Shown here in pieces: positions 20,414 through 30,512 of a DNA stretch of 64,000 nucleotides. The stretch comes from an uncultured Gemmatimonadales bacterium (GTDB lineage: Bacteria > Gemmatimonadota > Gemmatimonadetes > Longimicrobiales > RSA9). The stretch spans positions 416,001-480,000 of the forward strand of contig CAWCRS010000007.1 of NCBI GenBank assembly GCA_963798085.1, read 5' to 3'. The notes beneath the pieces are model-generated. The model was not told the origin of the DNA and did no database searches. It was given only the letters and a program-made list of their open reading frames with translations. Each line of letters starts with the position of its first letter. Positions within the stretch are counted from its first letter, which is position 1. A program made the position numbers and the translations under genes.

Positions 20414-21892
20414 CTAGATCGTCAGCCGGCCGCCGCCAGTCTTCCTGACCTCGAGGTCCTTCTGCGCGCCATGAATCAGGTCTTCGAACGTCTTCATGCG
20501 CGGCGTGTAGCTGGCGATGCCCGCGCTGGCGTGGACGCCCGCGGGGCCAATGAGAGGGTGGGATTCCGCAGCGCGGGCAATGCGCGAAGCGTGGATGAAC
20601 GCGGCGCGTCGATCCGCGTCGGTCAGGGCGACGATGAAGGCGTCGCCTTCATACCGCGCAGCCAGGTTCATGGCGCGCGTGTGCTGCACCAGCAGTTCGC
20701 CGAAGGCGCGCAGCACGCTGTCCCCCGCCTGTCTGCCGTTGCTCTTGTTATAGCGCTCGAAATCGTCGATGTCGAAGATCAGCAGAGTCAGACGCCGGCC
20801 GCGGCGCGCGGCTGCGAATTCCTTCTCCAGGTACATCGCGAGGTGCCGGCGGTTGGGAATGCCGGTCAGCGGATCGAGGAGGGAAAGCGTGCCGATCTGG
20901 TCGTTGAGGCGCGCGTAGCCGGCCGCCACTGCGGCCAGGGCAGAGAATCTGGACAGCGCGCCCAGCGCCTCCGGGCCCGCGCTATGCGGCTCACGGAAGC
21001 AGCACACCATGGCCCCGAGGACGCGATCCTGGGCGTGCAGAGGGACGACGTAGCCGGCCGCGCCCGTCGTCAGTTTGCGGAACTGCTCCAGCCCTTTTTC
21101 TGCTTCCTTGCTGTTGTCGAACGGCATGGGCTGCTTGCGGGTCGCCAGCTCGCGAAACAGCTCGTGCGAGAGGACGGCGGTGTCGCCCCGCTTGGGCGCG
21201 ATGGCGCCCTGCGCGTTGGTCACCGAAACTTCGCCTCCCGTGCGCACGAGCCAGAGCGCGGTGCCGTCGGCGCCCAGCAGTTCGTGCGCGGCCTGGACGC
21301 TGTGCTCGAGGGCGTCATCAAGGGCAAGCGTGGCAATGGCGCGCGTAATGTGGTCGAGCGCCTCGAGCTCGCGCCGGCTGGCGTCGCTCAATGGGCCTCC
21401 ATCCGTGGGTGATGCGCCCAGCAGGTCGGCCACGGCTGCCAGGAACTCGAGATCGGGGTTGTCATAGACCGCGTTGGTCGGGCCGAGTATCGTGAGCACG
21501 CCGGCGACGCGTCCCTGTCGCATGACGGGCGCCGAAACGGCCGGTCGGTTGCGGCTGTCAATGCCGAGCGACCGACACACGGCCGCCGGATCGCCGGGCA
21601 GGTGAAGCACCGCGCGGCGGTCCCGGATAGCCAGACAATCGGCGGCTCGATAGCTTGTGTCGCCCCGACCCGCACGCGCAGTGTCGGAACGATGCACGAC
21701 GGTCGCCCGCCCCGAGTCGTCGACCCTCGAGAGAAAGAACGCATCCAGGGGCAGCGCGCGCGCAAGTCGGGCTCCGAGCGCCTCGTACAGGTCTGCGGGG
21801 CGCAGGATACCCGTGAGGACGTGACCCAGATCGATAAGCGCGGTATAGCGGTCCGCGACATTGCCGGAAACAGACGCAGATCGAGCTTGCAC
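20414..21892 (-). CDS. GAF-GAF-GGDEF protein with degenerate active site
   Basis: DPLTGIPNRR, FDIDDFERYN, but ARYEGDAF in place of RxGG(D/E)EF. Confidence 0.85.
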   Translation of the reverse strand: MQARSASVSGNVADRYTALIDLGHVLTGILRPADLYEALGARLARALPLDAFFLSRVDDSGRATVVHRSDTARAGRGDTSYRAADCLAIRDRRAVLHLPGDPAAVCRSLGIDSRNRPAVSAPVMRQGRVAGVLTILGPTNAVYDNPDLEFLAAVADLLGASPTDGGPLSDASRRELEALDHITRAIATLALDDALEHSVQAAHELLGADGTALWLVRTGGEVSVTNAQGAIAPKRGDTAVLSHELFRELATRKQPMPFDNSKEAEKGLEQFRKLTTGAAGYVVPLHAQDRVLGAMVCCFREPHSAGPEALGALSRFSALAAVAAGYARLNDQIGTLSLLDPLTGIPNRRHLAMYLEKEFAAARRGRRLTLLIFDIDDFERYNKSNGRQAGDSVLRAFGELLVQHTRAMNLAARYEGDAFIVALTDADRRAAFIHASRIARAAESHPLIGPAGVHASAGIASYTPRMKTFEDLIHGAQKDLEVRKTGGGRLTI

Positions 21893-22010
21893 GGCTCCGT
21901 GATGCGTTGCCGGGGAGGAGCAGCGGCGGGGTGCCAGGGCTGATCTTAGCTTCGTCGCCTGAAGCCAACAAGTTGAAGCGGAACAGGCGGCGTTTTCCCG
22001 TGAGGGAGGG

Positions 22011-23249
22011 TTGCTCGTGAAGCGGGCGACCAGCTACGTCCTGTTCACCTCGGTCCTCGTCGACATGATCGGCGCGGGGATCGTGATTCCGGTATTGCCG
22101 TTCTACGCCACGTCGTTCGGCGCCAGCCCGTTCCAGGTCACATCACTCTTCGCTGCGTTCTCGGCCATGCAGATGGTGGCGACGCCGCTCTGGGGCCGTG
22201 TGTCTGACCGGCGGGGCCGGCGGCCGCTGCTCATTGCGGGGCTCTTCGCGTCCGCCGTATCGCACCTGATCTTCGGACTCGCCGGCTCACTCTGGCTGCT
22301 CTTCCTGTCGCGCATCGCAGCGGGCGCGGCTGGCGGCACCATCTCGGTGGCGCACGCGTACGTGGCCGATACCACGACCCTCGAGGATCGCGCGCACCAC
22401 ATGGGTCTGGTCGGCGCGGCTGCGGGCCTCGGCTTCATGGTGGGTCCGGCGATCGGCGGCTTCGCGAGTCGCTGGGGCCTGGGCTTCCCCGGCTATGTCG
22501 CAGCGACAGTCGCCGCGCTCAACGGGCTGGCTGCACTGTTTCTGTTGCCGGAATCGCGCACCCGCGAGCAGGCGCACGCCGCACGCACCGGCGAGGCCGC
22601 GACTCTGACGGGGTGGCTGGCAACCATGACCCGCCCGCCCATCTCGCTCATGATGGTCGTCTACTTCCTCGCCATTTCCTCCTTCAGCGGCATGACCGCA
22701 CTGCTGGCGCTGTACCTGGAGAAGCGGTTCGCCGTCAATGCGCAGGATGTCGGGTGGGTGTTCACCGTTGCCGGCGGATCCACCGTGGTGGTGCGCGGAC
22801 TGTTCCTGGGCCGGCTCGTGCGCCGGTTCGGCGAACGAACAGTCGTACGCCTGGGCGCGGTCGCGCTCTTCCTCTCGCTCGGACTCATGCCGCTGATTCC
22901 CGGGATGTGGTGGACCGGCGCCATCGTGATGCTCTACGCCTTCGGTGCCGGCACGCTCTTCCCCACGCTGGCGACGCTGGTCTCGTTCGCCACGGATCGG
23001 GAGTCGCAGGGCGCCGTGCTGGGCGGCAGCCAGGTGGTGGGCGGTCTGGGCCGCGTGACGGGACCCATGTGGTTCGGCGAACTGTTTGAGGTCACCGGTG
23101 TGCACAGTCCGTTTATTGTGGGCGCCGGTCTCGTGGCCATCAGCTTCCTGCTTTCGGGACGGATTCCACGCACCCTGCACGCCCGCCGATCCGTGCCGCC
23201 ACCCGTGTCCGACGCGGTGGAGACGACGCAGTCGCTCGCGCCCGAGTAG
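22011..23249 (+). CDS. MFS transporter (DHA1/TetA-like)
   Basis: GRVSDRRGRRP motif A, GFMVGPAIGG motif C, 12-TM pattern. Confidence 0.92.
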   Translation: MLVKRATSYVLFTSVLVDMIGAGIVIPVLPFYATSFGASPFQVTSLFAAFSAMQMVATPLWGRVSDRRGRRPLLIAGLFASAVSHLIFGLAGSLWLLFLSRIAAGAAGGTISVAHAYVADTTTLEDRAHHMGLVGAAAGLGFMVGPAIGGFASRWGLGFPGYVAATVAALNGLAALFLLPESRTREQAHAARTGEAATLTGWLATMTRPPISLMMVVYFLAISSFSGMTALLALYLEKRFAVNAQDVGWVFTVAGGSTVVVRGLFLGRLVRRFGERTVVRLGAVALFLSLGLMPLIPGMWWTGAIVMLYAFGAGTLFPTLATLVSFATDRESQGAVLGGSQVVGGLGRVTGPMWFGELFEVTGVHSPFIVGAGLVAISFLLSGRIPRTLHARRSVPPPVSDAVETTQSLAPE

Positions 23250-23405
23250 CGTCGTCGCCACGACGGGGCAGCCGTGCCGCTTGCGCTCCGGGTTCGGCAG
23301 CGCAATGTCCCCGGTCGCTTGCCATGCCGGACCACGCGCGATACCATGCGCGCGGCCGGCTGCGCCCGCGCCGGGCACGCCACACAGCGGGAAACGGAAC
23401 GCGAC

Positions 23406-23675
23406 ATGGAGTTCGTCACTGGACTGGCGGTCTGGCTGGTGATCGGCATTGTGGGCGGCTTGCTGGCCCGCGCGCTCTACCGCGCCGATAACACTGTGTT
23501 TGCGATCGCCATCACCTTCGGTATTTTCGGCGCCATCGTGGGCGGCATGCTGGGCACGTCCGCGCACGTGCACCACCATCCCGTGCCGCTGCGCATCGGC
23601 GGTCTCATCGGGGCCATCGCCGGCTCTCTCTTCTTTCCGCTCATGTACCAGTTCATGGGCCGCAAGGCGGTCTGA
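23406..23675 (+). CDS. Small membrane protein, GlsB/YeaQ/YmgE-like
   Basis: WLVIGIVGGLLAR...GIFGAIVGG...GAIAGS three-helix pattern. Confidence 0.65.
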   Translation: MEFVTGLAVWLVIGIVGGLLARALYRADNTVFAIAITFGIFGAIVGGMLGTSAHVHHHPVPLRIGGLIGAIAGSLFFPLMYQFMGRKAV

Positions 23676-23698
23676 CCTTCGCGCGCACCGGCTCGCGC

Positions 23699-24709
23699 AT
23701 GCGCGCCATCCTCATCACCCAGCCCGGTGGTCCTGAAGTACTGAGTGCAGGCGACGCCGCTCTTCCGGTTGCCGGCGCGCAGCAGGTCCTGGTGCGCGTC
23801 CATGCCACTGCCGTGAATCGTGCGGACCTGCTGCAGCGCATGGGTCGTTACCCGCCGCCGCCCGGCTGGCCCCCACACATTCCCGGCCTCGAGTATGCCG
23901 GCATCGTGGAAGCCACCGGGCCCGGTGCCGAGCGCTTCCGCGCCGGCGATCGGGTCATGGGTCTCGTGGGCGGTGGCGCGTACGCCGAGTACGTCGCGGT
24001 GCATCAGGACGAGGTCATGTCTGTTCCCGCGAACCTCGACCTGGCACAGGCCGCCGCGATTCCGGAAGTCTTCATCACCGCACACGACGCGCTGCTCACG
24101 CAGGCTGCGCTGAGCGCGGGAGAGACCCTGCTGATCCATGGCGCGGGCAGTGGCGTGGGCACGGCGGCATTGCAGATTGCGCTCGCGGTGGGCGCTCGCG
24201 CGCTGGGCTCGGCCCGCTCCGCATGGAAGCTCGAGCGCGCCCTCGCCATGGGCCTGGACGTCGGCATCGATTCCACTGTCGAAAACTTCGTCGAGGTCGT
24301 GGCAGGCGTCACCGGCGGTAGAGGCGCCGACGTGATCCTCGACCTCGTCGGCGGCAACTACGTCAACGCCAACCTGCGTTCGCTGGCCATGCGCGGCCGC
24401 ATCGTGATCGTCGGCGTGGTGGCGGGTTCCGGCGCCGAGCTGGATCAGCGACTGCTCATGCAGAAGCGCGCCAGCCTGCGGGGCACCATGCTGCGCAGCC
24501 GGTCGCACGACGAGAAGGCCGCGGCCACGAGCGCCTTCGCCGCGTTCGCGCTTTCCCGGTTCGAAGCCGGCCAGCTGCAGCCCGTCATCGACCGCATGCT
24601 GCCCATGGAAGCGGCCGCCGAAGCCCACCGCCTGGTGGCGTCTAACGACGTGTTCGGGAAAGTGGTGCTGCGTTGGGAAGACGCCGGCGGCGCAGCAGGT
24701 CGGAGCTAG
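23699..24709 (+). CDS. NAD(P)H-quinone oxidoreductase, PIG3 family
   Basis: VNRADLLQRMGRYPPPPG, PGLEYAG, IHGAGSGVG, GKVVL. Confidence 0.92.
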   Translation: MRAILITQPGGPEVLSAGDAALPVAGAQQVLVRVHATAVNRADLLQRMGRYPPPPGWPPHIPGLEYAGIVEATGPGAERFRAGDRVMGLVGGGAYAEYVAVHQDEVMSVPANLDLAQAAAIPEVFITAHDALLTQAALSAGETLLIHGAGSGVGTAALQIALAVGARALGSARSAWKLERALAMGLDVGIDSTVENFVEVVAGVTGGRGADVILDLVGGNYVNANLRSLAMRGRIVIVGVVAGSGAELDQRLLMQKRASLRGTMLRSRSHDEKAAATSAFAAFALSRFEAGQLQPVIDRMLPMEAAAEAHRLVASNDVFGKVVLRWEDAGGAAGRS

Positions 24710-26209
24710 GCGGGGGCAGCCGGGCGGCGCGCCTCGACGAACTCGCGTACCCCACGCACGCCGCCCTTGAAGGAATGCGCCTCAATGCCGGCGCGCTGCA
24801 TGCGCTCGGCGAGGTAGGCGGTCTGAATGCCGTGCGCGCAGTACAGCACATAGGTTCGGTTGCGGTCCAGTGTGGCAATGCGGCGCAGCAGATCCCACTC
24901 GTCATGCTGCTCTGCACCCGGTACGTGCCAGGCGCGGTACTGGACCGGTGAGCGGCAGTCGAAGACGATCGCGTCGTCGGGAATTTCTGTCGTGAAAAGG
25001 TAGGGGGCGACCAGGTCGGTCGGGCTGAGTCCGCGCAGATCGAACACCCGCCGCTCCGCCAGCACCGGGTCCAGCACTCCGGAATCCATCGACGCTTCCT
25101 CCGCGGCCACGCGTGCGGCTGTGGTCGCGGTGACCGGATACCCAGGCGCAATGGCGCAGTACTCGCGCACCTGCTCACTGAGCGCCGCCGTGCCCACCCG
25201 CTTCGCCAGCGCAATGATGTCTTCCTTGTCGAAACCGATGAGAGGCTGAAGCACGGGCAGGTCGGCGGCCGGCGCGATGGCGCCCAGGTTGGCGAGCGTC
25301 TGCGATGACACCTGGCCGATGGCTTCGCCGGTTACGATTGCCGAAGCACGCACGTCGCGTGCTACGCGGCAGGCAACGCGGTACATCATGCGCTTCAGCA
25401 CAACCTGCCAGTAGCTCGGGCGCACGTTCGCGCGCAGCTCCCGCAACGGTTCCGCGAAGTCGACGACGTGCAACCGCGGTCGCGTGCCGAAGCTCCATTC
25501 GTCGGCCAGCACCTTGGCGACCTGCAGCACAGCGCGCTCGTACGCATCGCCGCCCAGGTTGCAGAAGACAAAGTCGATGGCCACACCGCGCTTCATCACG
25601 CAGCCAGGCGGCGGCCGCGGAATCGAAGCCGCCGGAAAGCAGCGCCACGGCGCGGCCCTCGATGCCGAGCGGCAGACCGCCCGCACCGTCGATGCGTTCC
25701 GAGAACAGGTAGGCTTCCGTCTCTCGTACCTCGACCGACGCGGTGAATTCAGGATCACCCAGCCGCACGCCAGCCGACGCCGGCCGCAGCGCGGCTCCCA
25801 GCTGCACCTCGATGTCACGGGAATTGAAGGGATGCTCACCCGTCCGCCGCGCGCGCACTGCGAAATGACGGCCGCGCACAGCGTCGCGGAACAACTCGGT
25901 GCCCGCCTGCACGATGGCAGCGAGATCGGCAGGCACGACGCGCGCGACCGGAGACAGCGAACTGACGCCGAAGACACGCGCCAGCCAGGGCAACGCTTCC
26001 GGACCGGCGTGGACATACATGCGGCCCCAGACGCTGTCGACGCGCGCGCTCAGGCCCGCGCCGGCCAGCGCATCACGGAGATTGGCGGCCAGCCGCTGCA
26101 CGAATTGATGGCGCGTGCGCCGCGACTTCAGCGTGATCTCCGCACCCAGCCGCACGAGTATCAGCGGTGCAGCGCCCACCACAGGAGGTTCCACCTCGAT
26201 CGAGGACAT
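24706..26209 (-). CDS. thiI: tRNA 4-thiouridine synthase ThiI with C-terminal rhodanese domain (frameshift at ~25600)
   Basis: AEITLKS, THUMP domain, GGLPLG, LSGGFDS PP-loop, TGEAIGQVSSQT, EYC, rhodanese YCAHG; one extra C (ctgcgtgatg) splits the frame. Confidence 0.9.
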
Positions 26210-26459
26210 TATCGCAAGCTATTCGCGCGCCCGGCGTGAGCAAAGGCTCCATGCGGGCGCCTTGCGCCTTGACGGACACGCCGTGACCGCGGAGCATATG
26301 TCCGACGCGGGCTGTGGCCTGTTGCTGCGCGGGGCCGGGGACCACGGCTCACAGGAGCCATCAACCGGAGCGACACGCGCGGCGGCGCGCCCGAGGACGG
26401 GGCCGGATTTCAGCGATGGGCGAGGCATCGCGCCGGATCGCTGGCGGCAGGAGGTACGA

Positions 26460-26936
26460 ATGAGAAACGGTACGCGGAACAAGGTGGCGGCGCGCGGTGC
26501 GCCTGGCGCGGCGAGTCGGCTCTCGCACGCCGGGCACGCGCACGGCGGGGCAACGCTCACGGCGTTCCAGCAGCGTGTCTACACAGCTGTTCGCGCGATA
26601 CCGGAAGGGCGGGTGGCCAGCTATGGCGGCATTGCGGCGATTCTCGGTCAGCCGCGCGCGGCGCGCGCCGTGGGCGGGGCGCTGTGCGCTCTGGGAGAGG
26701 ATTCGGGGGTGCCCTGGTGGCGCGTGGTCAACCGCAATGGCGAGATCTCCATCAGTTGCATGCTGCACGGGCCCGCGGTGCAGCGCGCGCTGCTGCGCCG
26801 CGAAGGGGTTCGTTTCGGCAGGCTGGGGCGCATTGCCTGGACACGCTTCGGCTGGGACGGCGAGGGCGTGCCCGCGGGCGTGCGTGAAGACGATGCGCTG
26901 AATGCGGCGCCCGTGCGCGGGCGCAGCAGGCTCTGA
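26460..26936 (+). CDS. Alkyltransferase-like protein (MGMT family, YbaZ/Atl type)
   Basis: IPEGRVASYG, ARAVG, VPWWRVVN (Trp replaces the catalytic Cys of PCHRV); GGAGGT RBS. Confidence 0.85.
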   Translation: MRNGTRNKVAARGAPGAASRLSHAGHAHGGATLTAFQQRVYTAVRAIPEGRVASYGGIAAILGQPRAARAVGGALCALGEDSGVPWWRVVNRNGEISISCMLHGPAVQRALLRREGVRFGRLGRIAWTRFGWDGEGVPAGVREDDALNAAPVRGRSRL

Positions 26937-27370
26937 TGCACCGGCAGTCGGTGGCGCTCAGCATCACGCGATCGCGTCGCCCGCACCACCTGCTGGTGGT
27001 GCTGCGCCCGCACGATGATGCCGATCTGCCCGATGCCTGGGGTCTGCCCGCCGCCAGCCTGCAGGCAGAGGAATCATGGGAAGATGCCGCCAGACGCGCC
27101 GCCCGCGACAAGCTGGGTGTGGCCGTGAATGTGGGGCGCCTGCTCCATCGGGGCGCGCTGGAACGCCCATGGGGCTTCCTCGAGATGCGCCTCTACGCGG
27201 CTACGCTGATCGATGGCGAGCCTCACGTCCCCCAGACGGTTCCCGGGGTCACGCAATACCAGTCGTGGCGCTGGTCCCCGCCCGACATCCTCGAGGCCGC
27301 CGCCGCCCGCGGCTCTCTCTGCTGTCGTCTGCAGCTGGAAATGACACGCAACAACCCCCAGGCTCACTAA
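26936..27370 (+). CDS. Nudix-fold protein with degenerate Nudix box
   Basis: LLVVLRP...WGLPAASLQAEESWEDAARRAARDKLGV. Confidence 0.75.
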   Translation: MHRQSVALSITRSRRPHHLLVVLRPHDDADLPDAWGLPAASLQAEESWEDAARRAARDKLGVAVNVGRLLHRGALERPWGFLEMRLYAATLIDGEPHVPQTVPGVTQYQSWRWSPPDILEAAAARGSLCCRLQLEMTRNNPQAH

Positions 27371-27433
27371 CACACTATTTCAATCCGTTCCACAGCCACA
27401 GCCCAAGCCCCGGCAGCGCCCGCCGGATTCCGT

Positions 27434-28513
27434 TCAGCCGAGCACTTCCGCGGTGAGACAGATGATGCGCGGCAGGTAGCCCGTGATCAGCTCCCAGTGA
27501 TCGCCGCCGTCGCGGCTGGCAAACAGGTGCCCGCTGGAGGTACCCAGGTACAGGCCGACGGGCTGCAGCGCGTCCTGCGTCATGCCTTCACGCAGCAGGG
27601 AAACCCAGGCATCGTGCTGTGGCAGGCCGTGCGCGAGCAGCTGCCAGTTGCGCCCCGCGTCGCGTGTGCGATACACCCCCAGCCGGCCAGCCACTGTCGT
27701 GCGCATGTCGCTCGATTCCTCCGGCACCACGAACAGGCTGTCAGGATCGGCCGGATCGAGCGCCAGCACATAGCCGAAATCGCTGGGCAGGCCTGCCGTG
27801 ATCTCGATCCAGTGCTCGCCGCCGTCGTCGGAGCGGTACACGCCACAGTGGTTCTGCTGGTAGAGCCGGTCGCGCTGCGCGGGATGGGCCAGCAGCCTGT
27901 GCACGCACTGGCCCGCAGTCGGGTAGCGCTGTGGCAGGAATTCAGCGCGCACACCTTCATTCAGTGCACTCCAGCTGGCGCCGCCATCCGTCGAGCGGTA
28001 TACGCCGCCGGCCGACACGGCACACCAGATGCGGCGGTCGTCGAAGGCATCGAGCTGGATGGAGTGCAGCGCCAGTGCGCCGCCGGCGGGTTGCCATGTC
28101 GTCGCGGTCGAGTGTGCGTTGAGCGAGGAGACGGCCCACGTCGCTCCGGCATCATCACTGGTGAACAGGCCCGCCGGCTCAATGCCGGCCCAGAGTCGCC
28201 CGGGCGTTGCGGCCGGCCCCGCCGCGAGCGACCACACAGCCTCCAGCCGGCGCGCGTCCACGTGATGCGGCAGCGCGGGCAGCACGTCCCAGCTGTGGCC
28301 CTCATCGTGGCTGAAGTGGAGGTGTGCGCCCCAGACCGCATGGCGGGTGGCAGCCCACAATGTGCCGGCGCGCGCGTCGCGCATGACGTGATAGACCTCA
28401 CGACCGGGCAGCAGCGGTCGCGACAGGGTCCAGTTACGGCGCTCCTTCGTCGCCTGGGCGCGGAACAGACCGCGGCGCGTGCCAATGAACAGAACAACCT
28501 GTTCCGGGGTCAT
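27434..28513 (-). CDS. BNR/Asp-box beta-propeller protein (sialidase-like)
   Basis: Repeated SxDxGxxW motifs (SHDEGHSW, SDDAGATW, STDGGASW, SDDGGEHW, SRDGGDHW); QQNHCGVY. Confidence 0.88.
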   Translation of the reverse strand: MTPEQVVLFIGTRRGLFRAQATKERRNWTLSRPLLPGREVYHVMRDARAGTLWAATRHAVWGAHLHFSHDEGHSWDVLPALPHHVDARRLEAVWSLAAGPAATPGRLWAGIEPAGLFTSDDAGATWAVSSLNAHSTATTWQPAGGALALHSIQLDAFDDRRIWCAVSAGGVYRSTDGGASWSALNEGVRAEFLPQRYPTAGQCVHRLLAHPAQRDRLYQQNHCGVYRSDDGGEHWIEITAGLPSDFGYVLALDPADPDSLFVVPEESSDMRTTVAGRLGVYRTRDAGRNWQLLAHGLPQHDAWVSLLREGMTQDALQPVGLYLGTSSGHLFASRDGGDHWELITGYLPRIICLTAEVLG

Positions 28514-28551
28514 GGGCGCTCGCCGGTCATCGATGGGGAGGCGGCGCAGGA

Positions 28552-29826
28552 TCAGGCGCGACCGGTGCGGTCCAGTGCCAGCCCGAGCATGGCGCCCAGG
28601 AGTCCGGCAGTACGACTCGCTGCGCGCTCCAGCACTTCATTGAGCGTCTCGACGATGGTGCGCTCCACGGCCGCGAACACGGTTCCAGGCGAAGCGATCG
28701 CCCCGGGTTCCATCAGGTAGCTCAAGGCCCTGGCCATGCCGCAGTTGCAGAGGATGTCCGCGAGCACGGAGAACCGGCGGTCGGCCAGCTGCGCCACCCG
28801 GGTGGAGCCGAGCTTCGCCTCGCGGAACGGCTGATTGGCGCCGCAGGCGATCACGCGCACACCACAGGCGGCCAGGTGGTCCAGGGTCTCCACGGTGACG
28901 GACTCGGAAATGGCGGCGCACACGAACACATCCGCGGGGAGGTCCGGAATTCCGCCGCCCGGGCGCACGCGCGCGTCCGCCGCCGGTAACAATTTGTTAG
29001 TGCGTCTCCGGAGCAGCGCCTCGATCTCCTGCGCCCGAAGCCCAGCGGGCTCGGTGAGCACGGAACGCGCGTCGCGAATGGAAACGATGCGGGCGCCGGC
29101 GCGCGCCAGATACAGGGCACAGCTGGCGCCCACATTGCCGAAGCCCTCGAGCAGCACGCGTGCTCCGTCAATGCCGCGACCCTGCCGCACGAGGCTGTGC
29201 GCCACCGCGCGTGCGACGCCGAAACCGGTCACCATGTCGGACACGCTGAGCGGCAGATCGGGCACGCCGTGGGCCGCATCCAGGGGAGCGACGACGCCAC
29301 TCTCGATGCGCTGCATCAATGCCGCGTAGCCGGGCGCGTCGGGCCGCAGGTGACCGCGCACGACGCCTTCCTGCGGGTGGCGGATGCCGATGCGGTCGAA
29401 AGCCGGGATCACATCGAGGGTCTCGTCGATATTGAGGTCGCCGCCGGTGCCGTAACGCGAGCGCAGCAGCGGCTCAATCGCGCGATAGAAGCGCTCCAGC
29501 ACTTCCGGCTTGCGGGCGTCCGCGGGATCGAAGGCAATGCCGGCCTTGGCCCCTCCGATGGGCGGGCCGGAGAGCGCGAACTTCAACTCCATCGCCTTGG
29601 CGAGATAGGTGACCTCGCGCAACGTGAGACCGGTGCGCATGCGCGTGCCGCCCCCGGCGGCGCCGCCGCGTGTGGAATTGAAGACCAGCCAGGCGCGCGC
29701 GCCCGTGCGCGGCTCGCGCCACGCCAGAGTCAGCTCCGGCGGCTCACGCAGAAAGGCCGCGTAGCGCGCCCACTCCGAGCGGCTGCCCGGCAGGGCGTAC
29801 GCCAAACCCTGTGTTATGGTTGTCAT
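28552..29826 (-). CDS. Glu/Leu/Phe/Val dehydrogenase family protein
   Basis: GGGTRM, MELKF, GGAKAGI, EGFGNVG, CGAN, NCG. Confidence 0.88.
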   Translation of the reverse strand: MTTITQGLAYALPGSRSEWARYAAFLREPPELTLAWREPRTGARAWLVFNSTRGGAAGGGTRMRTGLTLREVTYLAKAMELKFALSGPPIGGAKAGIAFDPADARKPEVLERFYRAIEPLLRSRYGTGGDLNIDETLDVIPAFDRIGIRHPQEGVVRGHLRPDAPGYAALMQRIESGVVAPLDAAHGVPDLPLSVSDMVTGFGVARAVAHSLVRQGRGIDGARVLLEGFGNVGASCALYLARAGARIVSIRDARSVLTEPAGLRAQEIEALLRRRTNKLLPAADARVRPGGGIPDLPADVFVCAAISESVTVETLDHLAACGVRVIACGANQPFREAKLGSTRVAQLADRRFSVLADILCNCGMARALSYLMEPGAIASPGTVFAAVERTIVETLNEVLERAASRTAGLLGAMLGLALDRTGRA

Positions 29827-29993
29827 GCCATCCGCGTCTGCGGCGCGACGCACCAGCACGCGCGAGCGCGTCGTCGTACGGGAGCGTAGCAGCAGCATGC
29901 GGTCGACACAAGCGTGCACGGGGCAGGCGGTCGGGGCCTCGCCAGCGGCGCGGCCCCGGGCGGAAACCCGGGGCCGCAAGAGAAAAAACGCGA

Positions 29994-30512
29994 CTACTTG
30001 CCGGCGGGAGCCATGGTCTGCGGTGCGCTGCTGTTCCAGATCTCGCGGTGCAGCTTCCAGGAGCCATCCGGCTGCTTGCGCACAATTACCAGATACTTGG
30101 AGACATCCTGCACGGGCTTGCCGTTCATGGTGCCGTTGATCGTTGCAGTGCCGGTCTCCCACGCCACGTCGCCGGCGCCTTCGGTCGTTTCCGGTGTCAA
30201 CGTCAACTGCGGCTTGCCCATCATCGAAAACATCTGTGCCGCGCCGGCGGCAATCTCATGCGCGCCCCGGATGGCTGGTGCGTTGGGCGGCATTTGCTCC
30301 GCATCCTGCGTGTACAGCGCGGAGAGCGCGGCGGTATCGCTGGCGTTGAAGGCGCGCGTGAAGGCATCACGCGTGGTCGCGAGCGCGGCATTGTAGTCGA
30401 CCGCCGCCATTGCGCCGGTTTCGCTGGTGGCCTGAGCACCACCCTGCTGGGCGCCCTGCGAACACGCGGCGACGATGGAGAAAAGCGCCAATGACACGAC
30501 TGCGGTTCTCAT
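29994..30512 (-). CDS. SnoaL/DUF4440 (NTF2-like) lipoprotein
   Basis: GGAGG RBS; IVAAC lipobox; AFNASD..LYTQDA..MPPN, KYLVIVRKQPDGSWKLHREIWN. Confidence 0.82.
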   Translation of the reverse strand: MRTAVVSLALFSIVAACSQGAQQGGAQATSETGAMAAVDYNAALATTRDAFTRAFNASDTAALSALYTQDAEQMPPNAPAIRGAHEIAAGAAQMFSMMGKPQLTLTPETTEGAGDVAWETGTATINGTMNGKPVQDVSKYLVIVRKQPDGSWKLHREIWNSSAPQTMAPAGK

